Assembly (NCBI RefSeq): GCF_035084215.1
Contig: NC_090370.1
Location: 5,270,001 to 5,334,000, forward strand
DNA from: Heptranchias perlo
Taxonomy: Eukaryota
Reading direction: 5' to 3'
DNA length: 64,000 nucleotides
Below the pieces are notes generated by a model that saw only the letters and a list, made by a program, of their open reading frames with translations, made no database searches and was not told the DNA's origin. Of the stretch, positions 26,201-39,722 are shown piece after piece. A program made the translations under genes and the position numbers. Numbering within the stretch: position 1 is the stretch's first letter; every line of letters starts with the position of its first letter.

Positions 26201-26935
26201 TTCAGTGCCAAGAAACTGCTCAAGAAGTGACTTGTGAATAGATGCAACAATCCCTTCTAAAATTCACTTTGTAATTAAACCAGGCTTTATTTAAAAAGCT
26301 TGTTACAACTAAATCATGGTAATGGAATTAATTTACAGATGTATTTAATGTAACTGTCAATGTATTAACAGATGGCCTTATGCTATGGATTAATTATTAC
26401 TATGGACTTAAATGGTCATTTTGCTGAGTGCATTTCATTTAATCTAACATGAGGGGTACTCTTGCCACTGCAACATGTTCTTCAGGACAACCTGGATTTA
26501 TGTATTAAACTTCAAGGCTTTCACTTTTGTACATTATCCTTTCATGTTTCTTCAAAACAATATAATAAAAAATATTGTCTAGAAATGAGTGGAGTCTGAT
26601 AAGTGGCTGAATCATCCCTGCATATGATTAACATATTTTGACACCAATTGATTTGAATGTTTTTTTCCTCCAGTTGATCTTTAAGAACATTGTAGCAAAA
26701 TGAAGCCAAAACAGTCGAACTGTTGGTCATTATTCAGATTAGCAGCTAAACCTCATGTTTTGATCCCCAGACAACCTCTGAGCAACACCATAGGTGATCA
26801 GTGCTTTGTCCCAATTTTGCCACAAGATAGTGAACTATTTTGTGCATTGAACCTTTTGGTGTGGTAAAGTTGAAGTCTAGTTGCCCAGGACAACTAATTT
26901 TTGTTCAGCTTGTACATTAATATTGCACTTTAAGT

Positions 26936-27030
26936 AATAAAGCTAATCAAACAGGGATAGCTTTTACCATAATGCAATAAAAACACAACCTAGTATGTCT
27001 TTTTCCCTTGTCTGTTCTTTGTTCTATTAA
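26936..27030 (+). terminator. Probable distal RAB5B polyadenylation region (3' UTR about 3.7 kb)
   Basis: AATAAA at 26936 and 26976 followed by a GU/U-rich tract (tatgtctttttcccttgtctgttctttgtt). No interspersed repeats recognised between the stop and this point. A proximal AATAAA lies at 24620. Confidence 0.5.
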
Positions 27031-29559
27031 AGTTTAACTTTTTTTACATAACCAGCACTGAACATATTTTTTTTTAAATGATCACCTAGTCTATTTTGGT
27101 TCCCATAGTCTAGGTGAGAGCCTAGAACCTCAAAGCCTGTGCACTCATTACTTGTACTTTTTAGCTTTCTGCCTTTTTATTCCATAATCAGAGAATCTCA
27201 TTTTGAAAAACTTTGCCAGCTTTCTACATCTCTCAATCCAACTAAAACTACTCATTCTGCTGAGTATTTTCCCCAGTTCATATTTTTCATGTCCTGAATC
27301 ATTGAATGCACAGATCAAGCTGATGTGTAATTTCTCCTCAATAGCATGAGCTTATAAACAGAATGCTTGGTTAATGTTGCAGCTGTGAGCCTAGGTTGCT
27401 CTTTAAGCTGCTGCTTCACCTGTGCATTGCCAGCATTTATTTTGCTTGCTTGCAGATTTTTTGAACTTGCATTTTGTCTGCTGGCTGTCCTAAAGCACTT
27501 AAAGTAATTGACTCAAGTGCAGTCACCTATGCAGGCAAATGCAGCAGCCAAACTGCACACAGCAAGGTCTCATAGCAAATGAGATGACTGACTTTTAGCA
27601 ATGTTTGAGGAAGGAATGTTGGCTAGGACACTGGGAGAGCTCAAAGATGGCACCTGACTATGCATTCCCTCTTGTACAGCACTCTTAACTCAGACTCTAA
27701 TACAAGTTAAATGTGTACCCTTAAGTTTTCCTTAAAGGTTTGTTGTATCCACAATTTTTTGGTGCTAATTTTCTTTCCCATAATGACTTCTTGGGCTGTA
27801 GTTCTACTTGCATTACCCTCTGGTGACCTGGGTAACCTGTCCAATTTCATGTATACTTTTTGGTGTATTTCATTTTCCCCTCCCTAATTTGAAAGGGAGA
27901 TTGTAGCACCCCAACTGCTATCCTACCAGAGTTCAGTGACCTTTCTGATGTGTGCTTCAATTACTCACTTTCACTTTGTTGAGCCAGCCATATTTCACCT
28001 GCATAGCAACTGTCTTCTGAAGCCAGATGTCTTTTACCTGTTTTTGTAATGTGCATACTGCAATGAATATTTACCTTAGCCATGGGAATCTTTTCCAGAA
28101 AATGTAGTAGTCATAAGGAGTGGTTGTATGTTGTAATCTTCCAACTACAACCACAACTCATTCCCTCCTTTGCTACCTTTCTGATAGTCAATCCTTCCCC
28201 TTAACATTTCTCCACTACAGTCCTGGTGCTGCTGCCTACTACTTCCCTTCTGGCCAGTGTCATTACCACCACCTCTGCTATACCCCAGCCTTGCATTCTT
28301 AGTTCTTTCCTTTGCAATGGCAACGTTACTTGGACATACAGGGTCAGCTTTTATATGTATGCTAATGAAATTTAGCTTTACTGTGCTCCTGTTGCTACCA
28401 TCTCCAATTGCTTATCTGAAATTATGACCTAGATGAGTCAAAACTTCTTCCCACTTAAACTCTAATGCTAGTCCCTTCAGCTTCTACAAACAACTGAGCT
28501 TTGACCCTTAATACTTCAACCTAAGCAAGTGTCAACATAAAAATGCTGCTTTGAGTAAATCAGCAGGCTATATTATGGGTGGCATCATACACCAGCTTGC
28601 TCATGTCTTTACTTGCCTGCTTATGTGCTGTCCAGCAGGAGTCACTGGACAGTGATCAAAAATGGGAACTTCTCTTGTTTCAATCCTCCCTGAACACTGG
28701 GACCAATAGTAGCACATTTCTTAGTCACTGCAAAATGACCTGTCACTACAGACCTGGGATTGGACACAGGAACTTCATGATCAGCACATCGGATATTTGC
28801 ATTTACCAGCTGAGCAATTACAGAGCTCTGTTTTAATATATTGTACCATCTTAGTTTACTTCATGTGATGAATTCTGAGGTATGCTGACTTGTTGGGAGA
28901 AGTACCAAGCAGCTGTTCTCATCGGAAGCTACCCAGGGAGCTATTGCATGCTTTTTGTAGTTAGCATTGGTGATTGGAGTAATTGTCCTGCCCTTTTGGC
29001 TGGTTTGGGAGCAGAGTTTTGAAAGGTTGGAGGAAATGACCTCCAGCAAGGAGTTATACTTTGAAGTGGAGAAAATTGCCAAGAAATAAATGGAAGGAGG
29101 ACAAAGAAATGCTGGTCAATTGCTGATGATTCCTGTGTCTGAATTTGCACAGAAGCTTTCAGGACTCTGAAGCCTATATCTGCGTAAATACTAAATCTGC
29201 ATTTACTATGTTACAACTAAGCTACAACTCTTAGAGAATGGAGACACTATTTGAATTATTAAAGCTCCTCAAACTTACTTTCTGTGTAGGAAATGTGTAT
29301 TCTTCAGGTGACCTGGTCATACTTAAAGACATTTATAAAGGTATTCACCTTTTCATTTTGACACTCAATGTTGAAGTAAAATAGACTGAGGATGTTAGTA
29401 ATAGGTGACCTCCAGTGGTGTCATCAGGTAATTACAATGAAGAGTGGCACAGGGATGAGGAATGTTAATGTATCTCAATTCCCTATCAGATAAACAGATT
29501 CTAGTGTCTGACTTTCAGGTACGTCACTTTATTGTGCAAAAATAAAATTCACTGTAAAG

Positions 29560-30625
29560 CTTTTTGACTTGGGTTGGAAATTGGTTATGAGGTAGGAGAT
29601 AGTGTGGAGATAAAGGGAAGGTACTGTGATTGGCAGGATGTGATAAGTGGCAGTCCCCAGGAATCTCTTCTGGGGCCTCAACTTTTCACCATATTAATGA
29701 CTTGGATGAAAGAATAGAGAATTGTATATCCAAGTTTGCAGATTACACTAAATTGGGAGGCATAGTATATAGTGCAGATGGGAGCAGGAAGTTGCAAAGA
29801 AACAGACAGACATTGAGTGGGCAAAATATGTCAGATGGAGTTCACTGTGGGAAAGTGTGAGGTCATCCACTTTGAACCCAAGAAAAAAATAAATTGGAGT
29901 ATTTTCTAAATGGTGAGAAACTAAGAACTGTAGAGGAATGACGTGATTTGGGAGTCCAAGTTCACATCACTAAAAGCTAGTGGACAGGTACAAAAAGCAA
30001 TCAAAAAGGCTAATGGAATGTTGGCCTTTATCTCAAGGGGGCTGGAATACAAAGGGGTGGAAGTTATGCTTCAGTTGTATACAGCCTTGGTCAGACCCCA
30101 TCTGGAGAACTGTGTCAGTTTTAGGCACCGCACCTCAGGAAGGATATATTGGTCTTGGACGGGGTGCAGTGCAGATTTATCAGAATGATATCAGGGCTAA
30201 AAGGGTTAAATAATGAGGCCAGGTTGCATAAACTTGGCTTGTATTCCCTTGAGTATAGAAGATTGAGGGATGATCTGATCAAGGTGTTTAAAATGTTAAA
30301 AGGATTCAATAGGGTAGATATAGAGAAACTATTTCCTCTGGTGGGAAAGTCAAGAACAAGGGGACACAAAATTAGAGCTAGCTCATTCAGGGGTGATGTT
30401 AGGAAACACTTCACACAACGAGTAGTGGAAATCTGGAACTCTTCCCCCAAAAAGGCTGTGAATGTGGGGCGTCAATTGGAGTTTTCAAGACTGAGAACAA
30501 TAGATTTTATTAGGTAAGGGTATCAAGGGATATGGAGAAAAGGTGGGTAAATGGAGTTGAGGTACAGATCAGCCATGATCTAATTGAATGGGGGAGGCGG
30601 CTGGAGGGGCTGCCTATGTTCATAA
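29560..30625 (+). mobile_element. CR1 LINE 3' fragment, frameshifted
   Basis: ORF pieces INDLDERIENCISKFADYTKLGG, KKANGMLAFISRGLEYK...LVRPHLE and YSLEYRRLRDDLIKVFK...FTQRVVEIWNS. Confidence 0.92.
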
Positions 30626-30759
30626 TTTAATTACAACTTGTTTTTGGCAAAGGTATGTCCTCGGAAGAGATGCTAGTTTATGTTAAAAGAAATAATTTAA
30701 TCTTAATGTTTGTTGATTTTACCTTTAATTATTTAAATTATTTCTCAAGATATCTATCG

Positions 30760-31340
30760 GATTGCCTACCGCCAAACTGAATAGGCCTGTCAATACTCGC
30801 ATGTTTTTTTTGGAGAAAACGGTGTTACCTGTTCTGCTTATCTCGTTTAAAAAAAAGCTGGGTTTGCAATTAGCCTCGCATCTTTAAAATTTCGAGACAA
30901 TCAATTATCTGATCTGAACTCTTTGTTTTTAGCAAGACTTTAAAAAAAATACTTGCGCAATGGGGACCGACTGGCACTCCCCCTGTGACGCAGTGCCGCC
31001 CGGCGCTAGGACCCAAAATCCTCCCGAGTTGCAGGCGGGACTGGTGGTACTGCCACAATCCAGGAATCTTGAGTAGTGCAAGTGGCTGCGCGGAGTGAGC
31101 CTTTTAAAGTCAATGTTTTCGTTATTCAAACAGACTTAATCGGTCGGGAGACGGCAGCACATCGGAAAGAATGAAACAATAGACCTGCCAGGAGTCTGCG
31201 CCAAGTAAAACTCCTCGCTGAAGGGACTGACCTGTTTCATCGGGTCAGTAGGAAGTTTGTCCAGAAGATCTGACGTCTTGAGAAACTTTTTGTCAAATTA
31301 TTTCCGAGAGGCAACAAGAGGGTTTGTTCAAACGCGGAGT
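30760..31340 (+). promoter_or_regulatory. CpG-rich promoter / 5' region of the LRRFIP-like gene
   Basis: Marked CpG enrichment versus flanks, GC-box-like motifs (gccgccc, ggcggga), directly upstream of the ATG at 31342. Confidence 0.6.
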
Positions 31341-31341
31341 G

Positions 31342-31425
31342 ATGGGGACCCCGGCTAATTCCCGGAGACGGATCCTGTCGAGAGAAATGTCTGAGGATGA
31401 AACCATGATGATGATGATTAAAGAG
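31342..31425 (+). CDS. LRRFIP-family gene, coding exon 1
   Basis: MGTPANSRRRILSREMSEDETMMMMIKE |gtaaga. Aligns with the recalled LRRFIP2 N-terminus MGTPASGRKR...SAEDEALSNIARE; phase 0. Confidence 0.85.
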
Positions 31426-32249
31426 GTAAGAGCAGTTTGTTTTTCTTCTGAAGTTGTCTGTGATTAAACGAGTTACAATTAACGACGCATAAGCCGTTTT
31501 GTAAAGGTTTAAATTGTTGACGTTTTAAAAAAAATCAAATCGAATGTGGGTTCCTACATAATTATAATTAGATCAGGATAAGGCCATGCTGGAATCAAAC
31601 TGTAACATATGAGGTCATCCCAGGCTAGTCACAAAACGGGAACCAGATACTATGACTTGGAAATTATTCTATGTTACATGCCACAAGTGTGGACCAAACC
31701 CCTGCATCTGTAGGTAGAAATGATTTCATTGGCGTGATGTTAAAATAGGACTCTGGAGAGTGAAATTGCTTCCTTTCTGGTTCGTTCAGCCACACCTAAA
31801 GGCCGCTCTCCTTCCCCAAACTTCAGTGTTGAACTCCATCCAACCCACTTAATTGCCTGAACAAAAGTTCCATACAATTGTTCCTGCTCTCTGAAGGAAA
31901 ATCAATCATATCTGTCTTATTATTTATCTTTATCTTGTTGCGACATTTCTTTTTTAATTCCTGTCTCCTGAAGGTGCTGACTTCTGCTGGCAGGGCTGTG
32001 TGTAGGCAGTTCACCTTACTGGAAGTATTACATCCAGCAAAGCCTGCTTACTTCATACGTGTGTATTCCCAGCATAGGCTGGATGGCAGTTAGGAGCCAG
32101 AGCCGGAATCATGGCTGACTTGATTTATCCCTTCCTAGCCTAGAAGTAATGAGGCCAAATGTAACATCCTTACCAATGTCCTGGCTGAAATCACCAAACT
32201 GAATACAGAGCTAAGGCATGATATTTCATGGTTCCACAAAACCATACAA

Positions 32250-33590
32250 GTTTACAGTATAAGGACACCATTCGGCCCATTGTGACTGTGCTGGCTCTTT
32301 GCTAGAGCAATTTAAAACAAATCTCATTGCACTGCTTTCTCCCCATTGCCTTGTATCTTCCTCTGCTTAAAATATTTATCCAATTTTCTCTTAAAAGATG
32401 CAATTGTCTCTGCCTCAACCACTCCCTGTGGCAAAGCATTCCATGTTCTAACAATCCTTTTGAGTAAATACATTTGTCCAAATCTCTCTCCTCCCTTACC
32501 TCAGTGGCAAATTTAAATTGATGACCCCTGTCACTGCCTCCACAACCAGAGGAAATAATCTTTCCTCATTCAACATATCAAAACACTTCATAATTTTAAA
32601 AACCTCTATTAAATCTCTTAGCTGGCTCTGCTCCAGCTCCAGTCAAAATAGAATATTGAAATATATAGTCAAAACGATAGAATATAAGTCAAAGGAAGTT
32701 GTGATCAAACTGTAGAGTTCTGGTCAGACCACATCTTGAGTATTGTGTTCAGTTCTGATCAAGGGAGACATTTAAGTGCTGGAAGCCGCAAGGTTGATAT
32801 TTATTGTCAAGAGTCTGCACTATGAGAAAAGACTGGAGAGACTTGGGTTTCAATCTGGAAAGGAGACATCTGAAAGGTGATTTTATAGAAGTATGTAAGA
32901 TAGTAAATGATATGGAAAAGTTTCATCTGGCATGCTACTTTAAACAAAGGGACACAGGTTCTAACTAGTAAAAGGTTATATTTGGGACTGGTATCTAGAA
33001 GTTCCTCTTCACACAGAGTGGTCAACACATGGAATGGCCTCCCAGATAGATATCATTAATGCATTGTGCTGTGGTAGCCACAAAAGGCAGCACTTTACCT
33101 GACTTCTAAATGACCGACCTCGCTTCTTTATGGGAGCTGTTTCTCAACTTAGCCGCATCCGACCTGGTATTGTCGGAGGCAAAAACTCTGGAATAATTTA
33201 AGAAACAATTGGATGCTGCAGTGGGGACTGTAGGGTCTTTTTGGATGGATGAACTAACATGAGCCGAATGGTCTTCCTGATCCATAATTATCTTATGAAA
33301 TACTTCCAGTATCTCAAGTCTCCTCGTATAGTTTCCCATCCCTGGCATCGTCCTGGTGAATCTATATATTTTCTATGGCGTTAATGTCCTTTCTGTAATA
33401 GGGCACCCAAAACTGTAGTGTCTTAACTGTGGCCTAACCAATGCTTTGTACAAGTTTATCATTACAACTTTACTCTTGTACACCGTGTCCCTAATTATAG
33501 AATCCAAAATGCTGTTGACCTTTTTGATGGCTTTCTCTCCCTGTACTTGCACTTTCAGGGAATTATGTATTCAAACCTCCTAGGTCTCTA
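32250..33590. mobile_element. Cluster of old CR1 fragments in alternating orientation
   Basis: About 32250-32640 minus (3' end), 32640-33290 plus (IEYKSKEV..., cttcacacagagtggtcaacacatggaat) and 33300-33590 minus. Confidence 0.7.
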
Positions 33591-33639
33591 AAATCAGAAC
33601 AGAACAAACCTCTAGGAACAATTTACTACCTGCAGGAGT

Positions 33640-33995
33640 GAGACGCTACAATTTCAATTGTTCCCTTTCTGGGCCTCTGAAGTTGAGTGGTGTGTCAGGG
33701 CTATTAATCACTCTATTAAAAGGATCCTTACGTCGTGAAATAGCAACTCTGACTTTCTGCACTGAGTTTAATTTGTATTTACGGCGCAAATCCAGCAATT
33801 TCTTGACACTCACGGGGAGGTTGACGACGAGCACCAGTTTTTGCGAGGCTAACGGCAGAGCAACGCAAATTGTCCACCAATTTATGGCGATTTGTAACTC
33901 TCAGCGTTTCGCTTTCTCACTACAAATTGACGGCACTACCAACGATGTGTGCTATGAACGTGTCGTTATTTTTGCAGCAAATTCTGGGCCATTAT
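33640..33995. mobile_element. CpG-rich non-autonomous DNA transposon (MITE-like) fragment
   Basis: Isolated CpG-rich block ending in gcaaattctgggccc, which resembles a GGGC-initiated TIR. The partner TIR was not found. Confidence 0.4.
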
Positions 33996-36900
33996 TACAG
34001 TAATAAAGCTATTTCTATTATCTAAATAGTGTTATTATTGTAATGGGGATTTTTCAGCATCAAAATGTGAACTGAAATCTCTAAAATTGAAGACCGGTCC
34101 AAGAAGCACTGAATTCCCTGCAGCTGTTTATGGGTTAAGTGTTTGACTTTTCATTTAAAAAAAAAATTCACCTTTGTTCACTTGTTACTCACCCAAAATT
34201 GTTAATCTTTAAACCTGGTACACACTAAACACCATTTGCTGGAATCAATTCCCATGGTCATTCATAATCCAAGCCACTCAGTAAAGTTGCCTCATTACCA
34301 CAGGGCACTGTATATACTGTACCATGTACACTGAAGGCTATGGATGTATATGGTAGCCATAGAATAATTAATTGTAAGGGGAAAAAAAATTGAACTTGGA
34401 TCATGAATTTTAGAAAGGAATAAAATCCAGACCTGGTATAGATGAGAAGTTAGCCAGTGGGGTAGCATAGGGAAGAGCTGTAACAGGTAATAATGTTCCA
34501 TGGTGATGCTACTGCCTTTGAACTACTTTTTGTTAAGAAAAGAAAACCATCCTTCATCATAACTGCCACAGTTTAAATTGATGTTCAGTGGGATTTGATC
34601 TTGCCCGATATGATAAAGGGATATGTCCGTATCAAAGTAAGAACTGGGTATATGCACCCCAGAACGGCTGACTTCAAATTTGGAGCAATCATTTGATAGT
34701 TATTCGATGTTTGAGTTATCTGTAGAATCTGAGGGTCACTCACCTTGACTCTGCAGTCTCGAAGCAAGAAAACAAACAACACACAGTGATCTAAAGCAGA
34801 GGGATTTGAAGACAATATGCTGAAGAATTGGGAGCCAGTGGAGGTTAGTGAGGACAAGAGTGAAAGATGTGCGAACCTGCAACACTAAAGGCCCTCATGC
34901 CACTGACTACAAAAGAGCAACAGTTAATGATTCTCTGTTGCTGCAGGCTACATAAATATTATGGTGCTGAGTATTTGCAACGTATACTGATAAGAACCTC
35001 CGCTAATGGCTCTATTGCACACCTCTTGGTAACTAATGTGCCTTATGACTTTTCATTTTCTTTGTGCGGGAGTGCTTAGCCTTTATTTGGTGCCAATCCC
35101 AGATGGTGTAAGTGAGATCATAACCTTGTACTGTGGGGAATCATGGGTGCAAATCCACACTCTACTCTTTTATTGCGTAAACAAAACCAGACAAGGCTGG
35201 AAAGGCGGAAAGGCAGCAAGTCAGTCAGCATCTGCGGATAGAGCAGATGGGTGACGTTTCAGATTCATGCCCTTCGTCAGAACTGAAAAATACAAGATGA
35301 ACAAGCCTGTTAATAGAATCAGAAAAAAGGGAGGGGAAGGGGGAAAAAAGAGAGAGGAAGTATCAGTGAAAATATTGCTGGATGATGTAACAGATCATTG
35401 CGTAAATGTGCTGGAGTACAAAGGTGCAGCACTTTTAGATAGCATTCTTCTCTAACGCTAGGTATTGCAGTCCTGGGCAGTGAAAAACCATAAACACATG
35501 TACAGTCCAAAGACTGATTTGTATTTTTTGGGGAGGGGGAGCCTAGATGTAACCACATCCATCTGCTTTCAGTGGTGTGCTGTTTCTATTTCTGTTAGAT
35601 GTGCTAGCACGAGTGTATTATGTTGGGCCTTGAGAGTCAGTAAGCTACAACGTGCCCACGCTTAAGAGACTGGCTGTGTTGTGTGATTGTTATTTTAGTT
35701 TTCATAGTTTGGTGAATTTGTTAGAAAGAATGTAACTCTTTTTCCATGGAGGGGTTTCCACTTATCAAGGGCATCCATGAAATTGAAATTTCGACTGCAT
35801 TTTGTCCTTTGCTGAAGAAAATGTCTTGAATATTCAGTGTAACTAAAGGGTGCATAAGTTAATGTCAGTGGAAGTTTTCTTTACACTAAAATGCAGGAAA
35901 AGAAAGTGAAAGGCGAGGGAAGGAATCCACGTGAGAGTTTTTACTGGCCTTCGACCAGAAGGAACCAAGAGAGTTCTGAGATACCTTGTGACCTGGAGAT
36001 GCCACGTGACCACCATTTAGGCCACCAGTGTTTCTGTATAACGGGGCAATGCATAAATGCACCATGTGGTGTGGTATTGAGCCAGACTGATCAGGAAGGA
36101 CCCAATTTTGATCCTCGTGCTGAGTTAAGTCGATAAGCTAAACTAGAACAGCAGTGGGGTCACTACAAACGGCCCCAGTACTCCTATGCTGGAAGTGAAG
36201 TAAATTCAGCCAGGGTTCCTGCTCCTGATTGCCATTCAGTAACCCCTATTGGGAAGTGTATGCGTGTTGATGTTGAGTGAAGATAGGATTGGGCTTGGCC
36301 GTGAGGTACCTCAGAGTTAAAAAGTGCCTGTCGACACTCCATCTAGGCTCAAACGTGAAGAATGGGAGTTTGGGTGAGATGTCAGAGGACTGCTGGGATA
36401 CATGGAACTACATCTGGCAGAAGTCAGCACTTTAGGGAGAGAATTGAAAGGAGGAGGAAAAAAAAGCAGGAAAACCAGCTGTCTGAAACAATTTACCCTG
36501 GCAGAGTATGGTCAAACCAGGACATTATGAAAGTGAACCTATCTGTAAAACTCCAACGTGATTACATTGCACCTTTAAATCCTAACCCGTGTTCTTTCTC
36601 TTTGTCTCTCCTCTCTCCTCTCTCCCCTCTCCCCACGTTCTCCACCCCCCCTTCAAACATACGCGTGTACCTCAACAATCCAGTTCATCAGGTTTTAGAG
36701 TCAGCCAGACAGTTTGTAATCCCTGTCCTTCCTTACGTGAGCTGGAATATAGTAATGCAAAACTTATTACCTCATCTCAGTTTAACTTTCTAATTAGTGC
36801 ATCTCCCGGTTGGTGACTTACTGTCACGTTGGAGCTTTCAGCCTACCTGCGCCTGATGTTGGCACTTGGAACTCTTCTCAGCTGGTGTGACCCAGTCAGG

Positions 36901-39344
36901 ATTCTTTTGTCTCCTTGACTTTTGACTTTAATAATCAAATGGTGCATTTGATATTAGACCAGATTGATTTGTTGATTTAATTAGCAGATGGCTCCTTTAA
37001 TTTAATTTTTAAAAAATCACTGGTTCATTTTTGTCTGATTTAAGCCTCAGTGAAGCACCTTGGGATGTTTTTCGACGTTAAAAGTGCTTTATAAATGTAA
37101 ATTGTTGTTGTTCCATTATGATAACTTGTATGTTTGTGACATACAAAGTGTTCATATCTCCATTGACTTTCTGTAAATTAAGATGTATTTTGTGGTTTGT
37201 CTCCTATTTTTAATATTTATGCATGAGGTATTTTTTGGGAAGGGCAAACCTCTGAGTCCATAGAAATGCTGTTTGTCTCTTCAGCTTCAAAAATGTAGGA
37301 ATTTTGAGGCAGCAAGGGCTTCTTTTGAAAACTGATGGTCAGAATAAATTGTGACATTCTTGAGTTTTAACTTATGAGCTGGAGTGGAGAGATGGAATGC
37401 ACAGCACAGCATCAAGAATTTGTTCATCAAATTGATACTTGAACTCAAGTCAGAAGCCATTCTTACGAAGGGTATTTTAACCTATTATGAACACCTTCAT
37501 TGTTATATTTATATTGTACTTTTAGTATATCATTTCTAATGCATGTTGCTATTTGTTTGTAAAACAAAGTTGTTATTAGTGGATTTAATCTGTAATTCGG
37601 TTTGAAGAGAAGAGATTATGTTTAATCCAGAAGAAACTGTAAAATCCAGTAACCAGGTTATTGCAAGTGGAGCAGTTAGAGTATAGAAAAAATACAGCTC
37701 CCTTATCTTCTAAAGGCATTGCCTGCTTGTTGACTCCACAGGCACCAATCTCTCTCTCATACCTTGCCCAAGTAGCCATTCTTTATTCCACTTGGCAACC
37801 TAGACAGTGACTTAGGCATGCTAGTCAACTACAGAGGGCCTGATCCATCCAACTCCAATCTTAGCCTCACCTGATGTCCACATGTGTACTTCCAGAAGGG
37901 GGTCACTGGATGGCAATCAGAAGCAGGAGCCCTGGCCTCTTTGCCTCCCTAACCCAAGGACATTGCCACCTTGGCTGAGAACAGTTTACTCAGCAGAAAC
38001 TGGGGGGGGGGGGGGGGGGGTAACTTTCTGCTGGGATTCTCCCGCTCGTTTGCTGTAATCTCAACACAAGAGCCACAGAAACTATGGGGACGCTGTGTAC
38101 ACTTGTTTACGCCATTTTTCCAGGGTTTCTGAGGATTAGACCGCTCTTGCTGACAGATTTACCACTTCCCACTCATTAGCAGTTGGGGAACACGTGAATT
38201 TTTTTTCCCCTAACTTTCTTCCCTCCTCTTCTGAAAGTGATAACTCTTGATGGGGTACAGTTCCAAAGGTGCCAGCAGTACCTCATCCAAATAGCCATTC
38301 TTCACATGAGCCTAGACGGTGAATGTCAGTGGGCTATTCAAGCATGGAGGACATCAGCCAAGTTCAGTCCTTTTCTCGTTAAACACCCACACACTTTCCA
38401 CTGGGGGTCACTGCGTAGCACTCTGGAAGAGGCATCCTGGCTGTTTTAGCTTCCTTCTCTCCTTCAAAAGTCCAGTAATCTTGAGGCCAATTGTAGCAGT
38501 CTTAGTGCTGCCCTACCTGAGATTAGCGAACTGCAGAATCCAGAGATTGAAGCTGGGACCTTCCTGATCTGTGTGGCACAGTACTATTGGGGAGAACTGT
38601 ACAGGTGGTAAGTTTATATGTAAATGCCTGTCGGCAGTTTCACATAACTCTACCCATTTTATAGTGTATTATCAACTCGATGTAAAGTTTGACTAAAAAG
38701 AATGCATGATTATAAACATGCTTTGTACACTATGAAATGTAAAATTAGCACTTTTTAAAAAAAAAAAAATTTCCTGAAAGCTTAGACTTGTATGATGCTG
38801 TAGGGCAAAGAACACACAACGAAGGATGGAAAAAGACCAGCTGATCCATTGAGCCTGCCCTGTCCACCATCAAACCCAACCCTAACTCTATCCCACAGTT
38901 CTTGAGAGGTTAAAAAAAAAGAGGACCAATTTAGGAAAAAAAACCTCTGGGAAATTCCTCTCTGAACCCTGCAGACATAGTTTTGACATTCTAGTAAATA
39001 ATGGATCAAGAGTTGGATAATGGGATTGAAGTATTGATTTCAGCACAGTGTGGATGTACGGAAAAGGAAGAGAGTTTTAGGATGGCAAAGTCTGAGGAAA
39101 GGGTGCGAAGGGAAAAGAGAAGTTAAGATCGAGTTGAAGAGAGTAAATTTATAAGAATGAGACAGACACTGGAACATCCTTTTGGGACTTAACAGTGTCT
39201 GAGAGGTAGTGCTTGGCATACCATCCAAGAACATTCTTCCCAGGAGAGGAAGAAGGATAGGCCTCTACTCACTGTGGCCAGATGAGGGTCTCCCAATGCA
39301 CGTCAAAGAATTTTCATTTTTATTCTGCCTTTCACGTCCTCACA

Positions 39345-39722
39345 GCCAATTAATTATTTTTGAAGTGTAGTCACTGTTAGGTAGGCAAACGCAGCAGCCA
39401 GTTTATGCACTGCAATGAGATAAATGTACATTTAATCTTTTTGGTGTCATTGGTTGAGGGATGAATGTTTGCCAAGATATTGGGAGAACTCCCTGCTTTG
39501 TCCTTGTCGAATAGTGTCATGGGATCTTTTACATCCACCTGTTCTGGGTGAGGCATTGGTTTAGTGTCTCATGTGAAAGATGGCACCACCAACAGTGCAG
39601 CACTCCCTCAGTACTGTAGTGACGTGTCAGCCTAGATTATGTATTCAAGTCTCTGGAATGGGGCTTGAACCCACGACCTTCTGACTCAGGCAAGAGTGCT
39701 ACCAACTGAGCCAAACTGACAC
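39345..39722 (-). mobile_element. Deu-domain-type SINE
   Basis: Reverse complement of the 5570/22030 family, including tRNA-like head (ctgagtcagaaggtcgtgggttcaagcccc). Confidence 0.75.

Noticed and set aside
34817-34843. Alternative first coding exon MLKNWEPVE|gttagt for the LRRFIP-like gene
   Set aside because: Phase fits, but it is only 9 codons with a moderate donor and no homology or promoter support.
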